Shown in pieces: positions 17,672 to 24,694 of a stretch of 43,652 bases of DNA (position 1 is its first letter; each line of letters begins with the position of its first letter). This stretch comes from Thermodesulfobacteriota bacterium (lineage in GTDB: Bacteria; Desulfobacterota; Desulfobulbia; Desulfobulbales; DAOVYS01), in assembly GCA_034659175.1 (NCBI GenBank), contig JAYEGR010000049.1, forward strand, positions 1 through 43,652. Reading direction: 5' to 3'. The notes below the pieces were generated by a model. The model searched no databases. It had not been told where the DNA came from and saw only the letters and a list, made by a program, of their open reading frames with translations. A program made the position numbers and the translations under genes.

Positions 17672-18742
17672 TCATGCGCTTTTTTGTTTGAGGCTGTAGA
17701 CATATGCAAGCACTTCCGCCACTGCCTCGAAAAGGTTTTCGGGTATGGAATCGTCTATGTCCACGGTCTTGAAAAGGGCCTGGGCCAGAGGCATGTCTTC
17801 CACGATCGGAATGGAGTGCTCGGCAGCGACTTCTCTAATACGTCTTGCGATAACACCTGCGCCTTTGGCAACCACCACAGGCGCACTCATTGTAAGGCTG
17901 TCATACCGAAGTGCGACTGCCAGTCGGACCGGGTTTGTAATAATTACATCTGCGGACGGCACTTCCTCCATCATTCTTCTTCTGGCCATTTGCATCTGGA
18001 TCGACCTGATTCGTCCTTTAACCTGTGGGTCACCCTCTGTCATCTTGGCTTCTTCCTTGACCTCCTGCTTGGTCATTTTCATTTTGTTCGTGAACTGCCA
18101 TTTCTGAAACGCATAATCCAAGGCTGCAAGGATAGCTATGATAATTGCGGCCTTTAAGAAAATCCAGAAAGAGGTCTTTACTACGAATACAAAAATCGGA
18201 AAAGGCTCCTGATCCATAAGAGGCAGGAGCGAGGGCATGGATTTTTTTACTTCGTAAAAAGCCACTGCGCCGATAAATATTATTTTTAAAATGGATTTGA
18301 TCAAATGGGCAAGCGTCTGCATGGAGAATTTGTTTTGAACGCCCTTGATCGGGTCTATTTTTTTGAGGTCGGGCTTAATCTTTTCCCCTGTGAAAATTAT
18401 CCCGATCTGAGCGTAATTGGCCGCAAGCGCGGTCACCAGGACCACGGCCATAACGGGCGCCACGATCATGGTGGAATAAAGCATGCTTTCGCGGGTTATT
18501 GTGACCATGTTGTCCTTGATGATTTCAATGGTATGAAGATTCCCGAGATAATGCCTTAGCAGCATGTATAAACGCTCCAGCATGAAGTCGCCTAAAAAAT
18601 ACAAGGTCAAAAGGCCGGCAAGAAGCACTGCGGCAGACGGGATTTCCATACTTTTTGCCACATCGCCTTTTTTCCTGGCGTCGGCAAGGCGCCGCGCGGT
18701 AGGTTGTTCGGTTTTTTCCTGTCCGGTACTCTCTTCAGCCAT
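17672..18742 (-). CDS. flhB: flagellar type III export protein FlhB
   Basis: 356 aa. N-terminal EKTEQPT, four TM helices, and the NPVRL variant of the NPTH autocleavage region (ITNPVRLAVAL). Confidence 0.95.
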   Translation of the reverse strand: MAEESTGQEKTEQPTARRLADARKKGDVAKSMEIPSAAVLLAGLLTLYFLGDFMLERLYMLLRHYLGNLHTIEIIKDNMVTITRESMLYSTMIVAPVMAVVLVTALAANYAQIGIIFTGEKIKPDLKKIDPIKGVQNKFSMQTLAHLIKSILKIIFIGAVAFYEVKKSMPSLLPLMDQEPFPIFVFVVKTSFWIFLKAAIIIAILAALDYAFQKWQFTNKMKMTKQEVKEEAKMTEGDPQVKGRIRSIQMQMARRRMMEEVPSADVIITNPVRLAVALRYDSLTMSAPVVVAKGAGVIARRIREVAAEHSIPIVEDMPLAQALFKTVDIDDSIPENLFEAVAEVLAYVYSLKQKSA

Positions 18743-18768
18743 CTGTCAGCCCACCATCCCGTAAACGT

Positions 18769-19557
18769 TCATCCCATGCCCATGGTCATCCTGGTAAGCA
18801 GCCGGCCCAGCATGTCAAAATTCCTGACCATTATCGGAAGAAAAAATCCAAAAGAGAGACCGACAAAAATTAAGCCTAAAGAAATGTTTAAAGGCATTCC
18901 AACGATCAGGATCGGGATTTGCGGCACGGTCTTGGCCACAATGCCCATGGCTACGTGGGAAAAGATGAGGACAGCGCCGGCCGGCGCCATGATCTTTACG
19001 GACAGAACGAACATGTGTACAACACCCCGCATCATTCCTTGGTATGTGGCATCCGTCAGGTGAAGTTTTCCGGGTTGTACCCAGTTAAAGCTTTCCACCA
19101 ATGTCTGAAAAAAGATGTGATGCCCGTTGACGCTCAAGAAAAGAAGAATTGCGACTAGATTCAAGAGTTGGCCGATAAGGGGTATCTGGGTTCCGAATTC
19201 AGGGTCCATGGCGGCTGCCATTCCCATGCCCATTTGAACACCCACCATCTGACCTGCAATCTCAGTGGCTGCAAATACAAACCTTGTAAAGAGGGCAAGG
19301 GTTGCCCCGAATACGATTTCATTGGCCGTGAACAGTACGAATCCCAGGACTGTTACGGGCAGTTCGGAAGGATTTACATCTACTGCCGGAATCAATAGCA
19401 GGCTGGTTAAAAGTGTGAACAGTGCCTTCACCTTGCCCGGGACGCTTCGGGAGCCGAGCACGGGCATGAAAAAGACCAGCGGCCCGACCCTGGTGATGAT
19501 AATTACCAGGCTTAAGAACTGATCCAGTGTCCAATTGAGCAGCGCAGTATCAACCAT
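18769..19557 (-). CDS. fliR: flagellar export apparatus protein FliR
   Basis: 262 aa polytopic membrane protein between fliQ and flhB. Confidence 0.9.
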   Translation of the reverse strand: MVDTALLNWTLDQFLSLVIIITRVGPLVFFMPVLGSRSVPGKVKALFTLLTSLLLIPAVDVNPSELPVTVLGFVLFTANEIVFGATLALFTRFVFAATEIAGQMVGVQMGMGMAAAMDPEFGTQIPLIGQLLNLVAILLFLSVNGHHIFFQTLVESFNWVQPGKLHLTDATYQGMMRGVVHMFVLSVKIMAPAGAVLIFSHVAMGIVAKTVPQIPILIVGMPLNISLGLIFVGLSFGFFLPIMVRNFDMLGRLLTRMTMGMG

Positions 19558-19595
19558 GGGTTAGCGGCAAATGGTTAAAGTGGTTGTTAATCTTC

Positions 19596-19865
19596 TCATC
19601 TTATCAATTCCGGCAGGCGTATGATCAAGTCGCTTGTATAATCAGTCAGTTTAATCATCATCCATGAAGCAAAGAAGAGGAGAGCAAGCATAACACCAAA
19701 AATCTTGGGTACAAACGTAAGTGTCATTTCGTTAATCTGGGTCGTGGCTTGAAATATGGCGATCAGCAACCCGATCGCCAGCCCTACCAGGAGAAGCGGC
19801 GCAGACAGAAGAAGGGCCATTAAAACCGCATTCTGTGCCAGGTTAATGACTTCAAGCGCTGTCAT
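19596..19865 (-). CDS. fliQ: flagellar export apparatus protein FliQ
   Basis: 89 aa, two TM helices, conserved position after fliP. Confidence 0.92.
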   Translation of the reverse strand: MTALEVINLAQNAVLMALLLSAPLLLVGLAIGLLIAIFQATTQINEMTLTFVPKIFGVMLALLFFASWMMIKLTDYTSDLIIRLPELIR

Positions 19866-19871
19866 TTTGAA

Positions 19872-20702
19872 TCAGACTCCGAAACTTTTAACTAAAGAAC
19901 CTACAATCAGGTGCCAGCCGTCTACCAGAACAAAGAGAAGCAGTTTAAAGGGCAGAGAGATCATGATGGGCGGCAGCATCATCATGCCCATTGAGAGGAG
20001 AACACTGGCAACAACCATGTCAATGACCAGAAAAGGGAGAAACAGGACAAAACCGATCTGGAAAGCGGTTTTCAGTTCACTGATCATAAATGCCGGAACC
20101 AGGATCGATGTCGGCACTTCAGCCTCGCTTTCCGGTTTTGACGCCTTGGCAAAAGAAAGAAAGAGCGCCAGATCCTTTTCCCTCGTCTGTTTGAACATAA
20201 ATGTGCGCAAAGGCTTGATGCCTTCCTTGAATGCCTGTTCCAGGGTGATCTCTTCAGACAGGTATGGTTTGACCGCAATATCGTTGATCCGGGTCATTAC
20301 CGGCATCATGATAAAAATCGTGAGAAATAATGCAAGGCCTGCCAGCACCTGGTTTGGAGGCTGCTGCTGTGTTCCCATGGCATGTCTTAAAAAGGAAAAT
20401 GCGATAATGAGTCTTGTAAAACATGTCATCATGAGCAGAATCGAGGGCACCATGGAAAGCACGGTGAAGATGAGAAGGATTTCCACAAGCGTTGACACTT
20501 TCTGCGGACTGTCAGCCTCATTTAGACCTATTTGAAGGGTGGGCAGGGTCACTCCATTACAGATTGCCGGCAGGATGCAGCCGGCAAGGAGGACAAGACC
20601 GAGGGCCGGTGTCAATAGATTGAACCTGGGCGGTCTTTTCGCGTGATCCGTGGAGAGAGTCGGCGCTGTTTTTTTCAGGTGGAAGCGGTTCATCTCTCGC
20701 AT
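19872..20702 (-). CDS. fliP: flagellar export apparatus protein FliP
   Basis: 276 aa. Signal/TM N-terminus, then the conserved FliP core (TSFTRIIIVFSFLR-like: CFTRLIIAFSFLRHAMG). The start overlaps the fliO stop in TAATG. Confidence 0.93.
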   Translation of the reverse strand: MREMNRFHLKKTAPTLSTDHAKRPPRFNLLTPALGLVLLAGCILPAICNGVTLPTLQIGLNEADSPQKVSTLVEILLIFTVLSMVPSILLMMTCFTRLIIAFSFLRHAMGTQQQPPNQVLAGLALFLTIFIMMPVMTRINDIAVKPYLSEEITLEQAFKEGIKPLRTFMFKQTREKDLALFLSFAKASKPESEAEVPTSILVPAFMISELKTAFQIGFVLFLPFLVIDMVVASVLLSMGMMMLPPIMISLPFKLLLFVLVDGWHLIVGSLVKSFGV

Positions 20703-21259
20703 TAGTCCTGTTGTCTGGGGCTCTTTGGGAGACCGGCTTTTTTAAGAATCGAAGAAAACGAGAAGATCGGAGATGCGGAACCGCCTTTCTCGTTTGCGCG
20801 TGCATAGTCAAGCAATTCTCCGGAGTTTTCAAGCGTGGTCAGCATGTTGATCTGCTGTTCTGAAATCCCTATCACCACAAAGTCTCCAGCGATATTAAGG
20901 ACAGAGACGTATTTTTTATGGGCAACCATGCGCGTGTCCAGAATCTTTATCAGGGATCCGCTTTTTTCACTACCCTGCGTAAGACCCAGCTTTCTGAACC
21001 AGAATATGATAAGAAGCATGATGCCGATTACCAGTCCCAATGAACCTATTACCTTGAGGCTCATCATCAAAAGAGAACCGGTTTCCTTAAAGTCAACAGC
21101 GGGAATCGCGGGGGGGGCCAGGGCAGTCGTGGTCATTTCAGACGCATCGTCGGACATCTCCAAGGCCGATGCAAAGACTACCTTGACCGGCACGAGACAA
21201 AGCAGAACCAGGAACAGGCAGATGTGTGCCGCCATTTTTTTATCAGACTTGCCTCTCAT
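20702..21259 (-). CDS. fliO: flagellar protein FliO/FliZ-like
   Basis: 185 aa, small TM-containing protein between fliN and fliP. Assigned mainly by synteny. Confidence 0.6.
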   Translation of the reverse strand: MRGKSDKKMAAHICLFLVLLCLVPVKVVFASALEMSDDASEMTTTALAPPAIPAVDFKETGSLLMMSLKVIGSLGLVIGIMLLIIFWFRKLGLTQGSEKSGSLIKILDTRMVAHKKYVSVLNIAGDFVVIGISEQQINMLTTLENSGELLDYARANEKGGSASPIFSFSSILKKAGLPKSPRQQD

Positions 21260-21308
21260 GCCTTGTCCTGTTATCCCGTAACCGTTTAGAGATGTCCATA
21301 CTTTTACT

Positions 21309-21752
21309 TTATCCCATGTTTTTTATGCGGTCGGCCTGACTGATGATCTCGGTGATACGAACTCCGAAACGTTCGTTCACAACAATCACTTCACCCTTGC
21401 CGAGCAGTTTGTCGTTTACATAGATTGCCACTGATTCACCGGCAGCCTTGTTAAGTTCAACAACCGACCCCTGGGTCAACTGCAGCATCTTGTTGATTAT
21501 CATGTCTGTATGGCCCAGTTCAACTTTCAACTCCAGCGGGATGTCAAGCAGGAAATCGAGATTCTGGGATTCGCCGCCGTCAGCGGAACCACCGCCCGGA
21601 TCATCGCCGGACGCTTGTGCGCCTCCTTCTGCATCACCCTTTGTCATTGCAGCGGCCCAGTCATCACCGGAAGGCCCGGAGTCGACCGCTTCGGCGGAAG
21701 TCTGTCCATCCAAGGCGTCAGACCATGCATCATCTAAAGATTCATCACCCAT
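21309..21752 (-). CDS. fliN: flagellar motor switch protein FliN
   Basis: Acidic low-complexity N-terminus, then a SpoA/FliN domain (LLDIPLELKVELGHTDMIINKMLQLTQGSVVELNK...VIVVNERFGVRITEI). Confidence 0.93.
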   Translation of the reverse strand: MGDESLDDAWSDALDGQTSAEAVDSGPSGDDWAAAMTKGDAEGGAQASGDDPGGGSADGGESQNLDFLLDIPLELKVELGHTDMIINKMLQLTQGSVVELNKAAGESVAIYVNDKLLGKGEVIVVNERFGVRITEIISQADRIKNMG

Positions 21753-21798
21753 TTTTCAGTTTCTCCTTCAGCTTTGTCTCAGGTTGCGGTTATACCGC

Positions 21799-22788
21799 TC
21801 AGTCTCTTTCCGGATCAAGCACTTTACGCTTGATAAGAAATGCCTTGTTCCCACGGTACATTCCAGGTGAGCCCATGTATTTGCGCATATTGGAAACAAA
21901 TGCCGGCAGGAGATCATCTTTGCGTCTGTCAAGCTGCAGGATGTCGCCTGTTTCCAGTCCCAGTATATCGCCTGCCGTGATCTCGGCCTTGCCGAGAATT
22001 ACCTTGAACTCTACCGGACTGTTTAAGATTGTTTCTTTGAGAATCCGTTGTGTGAGTAGATCCTCTTCGCTTTGCTCTCTCTGGAAAGTGGTCATAAGTT
22101 TGGTTTTGACCTTTTCCAGGTTGGAGAGTGGTATGCATGAAGTGATGCTGCCGACCGCCCGTTCCATGTCCATTTCGTAACGGTTGATGATAACCACGTC
22201 TTCCGGTTCACAGATTTTTGCGAACTGCGGGTTGATTTCGCTGCGGATATATTGAACCTTGGTTGGATAAAGGGTGTACCATGCCTTTTCCAGATCAGAG
22301 AGAAGGTGGTTGACTATCCGGCGGATCAATCGCTGTTCGATGGCCGTGAAATCACGGCCTTCAATTCTGGCGGTCCTTGTGCCGCTGCCGCCGAGAAAGG
22401 TCTCTACAATGGCAAAGACCAATTTAGGTTCGATCACAAACAGGGCATGGCCCCTGAACGGATCCATTTTAAATATCTGCAGACTGCTCGGAACAGGCAG
22501 GGTCCTGACAAAGGCGCCAAAACGTTCCAGTTCCATGGGCACGGAAGTGACGTCGATTATTCGGCGGAGTGTGTTGGAAAGAGAAGTCCTGATAGATCTC
22601 AGGAAAACGTCGTTGATAACGTCAAGGGACGGCATCTTGACCTGGACGATTCTTTCCTGCCTGGCGAAATCGTAGGCCGTATAACCTAACGCTTCGTCAT
22701 CTATCGGTTCTTCAGGTTCCTCTACATCGCCGCCGGAAATACCTTTTAATAAGGCATCGACTTCATCTTGACTTAGGATTTGTTCCAT
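21799..22788 (-). CDS. fliM: flagellar motor switch protein FliM
   Basis: 329 aa. N-terminal CheY-P binding motif LSQDEVDALL, FliM middle domain, C-terminal SpoA domain. Confidence 0.95.
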   Translation of the reverse strand: MEQILSQDEVDALLKGISGGDVEEPEEPIDDEALGYTAYDFARQERIVQVKMPSLDVINDVFLRSIRTSLSNTLRRIIDVTSVPMELERFGAFVRTLPVPSSLQIFKMDPFRGHALFVIEPKLVFAIVETFLGGSGTRTARIEGRDFTAIEQRLIRRIVNHLLSDLEKAWYTLYPTKVQYIRSEINPQFAKICEPEDVVIINRYEMDMERAVGSITSCIPLSNLEKVKTKLMTTFQREQSEEDLLTQRILKETILNSPVEFKVILGKAEITAGDILGLETGDILQLDRRKDDLLPAFVSNMRKYMGSPGMYRGNKAFLIKRKVLDPERD

Positions 22789-22809
22789 AATCGTTCCAGG
22801 GGTTCCGCG

Positions 22810-23325
22810 TTACTGGACAACGAATTCCGTGAAGTAGATATTCCTGATTCGTTCAGGTCGCATGACCTGATTGAAACGTTCTAAGAGTTCGTCCTTTATC
22901 TGGATTTTGCCCTCCGGCGTCATGACTTCTTCGAATGTCATGCTTGTAAGCATCATGATAACCACGTCTTGTAATTTGGGAGAGGCCTTGGTTGCCACTT
23001 TGACAGCCTCGGCGGATTCAAGTTCTATTTCGACTTTAAGTTTAAGATACCGCTTTCCCTGTGGATGGGCCAGATTTACGACAAACTCTTCCAGTTGGAA
23101 CATCTCGCCTATAGCCTTCAACGGATCCATTTGTTCCTCGATTTTTTCCTCTCCCTCTATAACGGGTTGGGGCGCAAAGAATTTGGTATAGGCAAAGAAT
23201 CCGCCGCCTCCAAGAGCCAGTATTACGACACCAAGGATAATAAATAAGAATTTTTTTGATTTTTTTTTCGGCGTCTCTTCTTCTGCCAGAGCATCAGGTC
23301 CATCAGCCATGATCTGTTTCTCCAA
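22810..23325 (-). CDS. fliL: flagellar basal-body-associated protein FliL
   Basis: 171 aa, one TM helix, C-terminus FVVNLAHPQGKRYLKLKVEIELE...IRNIYFTEFVVQ, typical of FliL. Confidence 0.9.
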   Translation of the reverse strand: MEKQIMADGPDALAEEETPKKKSKKFLFIILGVVILALGGGGFFAYTKFFAPQPVIEGEEKIEEQMDPLKAIGEMFQLEEFVVNLAHPQGKRYLKLKVEIELESAEAVKVATKASPKLQDVVIMMLTSMTFEEVMTPEGKIQIKDELLERFNQVMRPERIRNIYFTEFVVQ

Positions 23326-23376
23326 TATTTTCGTAAAGGTAGTTATACCTCTTCAAGGGGGTACTGAAAATAGTCC

Positions 23377-23408
23377 AGTACCTTTAAGGAATTCCTGTTT
23401 ATCCGGGT
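23377..23408 (-). promoter_or_regulatory. conserved 32-nt leader motif (copy 2) in the fliL 5' leader
   Basis: AGTACCTTTAAGGAATTCCTGTTTATCCGGGT matches 11249-11280 at 27 of 32 positions. It lies between the sigma54 promoter (23480-23494) and the fliL ATG (23325). Confidence 0.5.
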
Positions 23409-23479
23409 TACGGTTTCCGGTTTTGCCGGGTGTCTACCGGAAGACACAACTTGAAAGAGAACTATTACCTTGATTTTAG

Positions 23480-23494
23480 GCAATTCTCGTGCCA
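23480..23494 (-). promoter_or_regulatory. sigma54 (-24/-12) promoter of the fliL operon
   Basis: The minus strand reads TTGGCAC-GAGAA-TTGCC, an exact TGGCAC-N5-TTGC. It is ~155 nt upstream of the fliL start. Confidence 0.8.
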
Positions 23495-23779
23495 AACATG
23501 GCAAAAAACACTCATCCTTGGGATAACCTATTGTTTTTTATGGTAATTGTCTGGCAATATGAGTATGTCTATCCGGAATTAATTCGTCCGATTAATAAGA
23601 TTTTCGTCATATTTTTGACTCTTCCGGGAGTCGATGACATTTGATTTTATCAATGTTATGGGTTCCTGGTTAGATTGATGAAAAGCGCAAAACGACCAAT
23701 CTTGAACCATACAACCTTCTTATAGTTGACAATCTACCGTTTTTGTTGCATCTTTATTTAAAAAAGGAGTAAGAATCGC

Positions 23780-24694
23780 ATGTATCTACAACAGCTACTG
23801 ACTATTATTGGCAAAGAAAGAGAAAAGGAACTCCCGACATGCATTACGGATCTGGTTGAAAACGGCCTTTCGCAGGACAGGTTCACTGATGAAGAGTTTA
23901 GACCGGGCCGCCATGAAATAACACTCTTTCTTGCTGCCTGGTGCCGTCGAATCGGCCTGGGGGAGGAGTATTACCGCGATTGGTTGATTGATTACAGCCT
24001 TGATGTTCTGGGGGGCATTTCCACTAGTTCTCCCTCTCAGATTCGTCACAGCACCAAGTCAACCATAAAGTACGTCCATCGTTCCGATGTTGACTTTTCC
24101 TGCCATTGTCAACGCAATATTTTCAAAGCCGTCTGTGGCCCCGACTGCCCACTCTATTGGGAGATGGAGACTCTTCACAAACAGGAACTCGATATAAAGC
24201 GTAAACGGCTTGAAGAGGACAAACGGATCAAGGAAGAGGGCATGCCTGTTCTGGAAAAAGTGAGCGTTAAAGAGCAACATAAGGAGAAATTTGAGAAGGC
24301 GGTCGAGCAGATTCAAAAATATCTTAAAGAAAGCCGAACAAAAAAAGAAATTGTCGATCTTCTCAAGGAAAAAGGATACAAGACCCGTACCGGCCGCGAA
24401 TGGACTACCTCAGTTTTACAAATTTTAATAAAGGAAAAAGGATGGGGTGCGAAACGGCTTAAAAAATCGATTAAATTGACCGTTACACAGCAATATAAGG
24501 AACAATTTGAGGAGGCGGTCAAGCATATTCAAAGATATCTTAAACAAGGCCGAACAAAAAAAGAAATTGCCGACCTTCTTAATGAAAAAGGATACAAGAC
24601 CAGTACAGGCCGTGAATGGAAAGCCAATGGCATCAACATAGCCATGGAAACAGGCGAGTTGAAAGGTAACCGTTCAAAACGTATAACCAAATGA
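23780..24694 (+). CDS. hypothetical protein: Cys-containing N-terminal domain, coiled coil, two tandem recombinase-like HTH repeats
   Basis: AAGGAG RBS at 23764-23769 and a TTGACA box at 23726-23731. A 72-aa (216-nt) internal duplication holds two copies of K..FE.AV..IQ.YLK..RTKKEI.DLL.EKGYKT.TGREW. The N-terminal ~130 aa ends in C-H-C...C-x3-C. Confidence 0.7.
   Translation: MYLQQLLTIIGKEREKELPTCITDLVENGLSQDRFTDEEFRPGRHEITLFLAAWCRRIGLGEEYYRDWLIDYSLDVLGGISTSSPSQIRHSTKSTIKYVHRSDVDFSCHCQRNIFKAVCGPDCPLYWEMETLHKQELDIKRKRLEEDKRIKEEGMPVLEKVSVKEQHKEKFEKAVEQIQKYLKESRTKKEIVDLLKEKGYKTRTGREWTTSVLQILIKEKGWGAKRLKKSIKLTVTQQYKEQFEEAVKHIQRYLKQGRTKKEIADLLNEKGYKTSTGREWKANGINIAMETGELKGNRSKRITK

Noticed and set aside
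19756-20535. 259-aa ORF on the plus strand, antisense to fliP/fliQ. Similar long antisense ORFs occur at 12065-12658, 17666-18157, 21617-22180, 30079-30681, 5859-6407 and 7063-7548.
   Set aside because: All lie fully inside well-supported genes on the other strand. They have R/S/T/C-rich, low-complexity compositions typical of antisense translation. None has a recognisable motif or RBS.
23377-23408. Reading the shared leader motif as a sigma28 promoter, since it contains CCGGATAA and TTAAAG.
   Set aside because: On the coding (minus) strand the GATAA-like block precedes the TAAA-like block. This is the wrong order for -35 TAAA / -10 GCCGATAA. On the plus strand there is no gene to drive.
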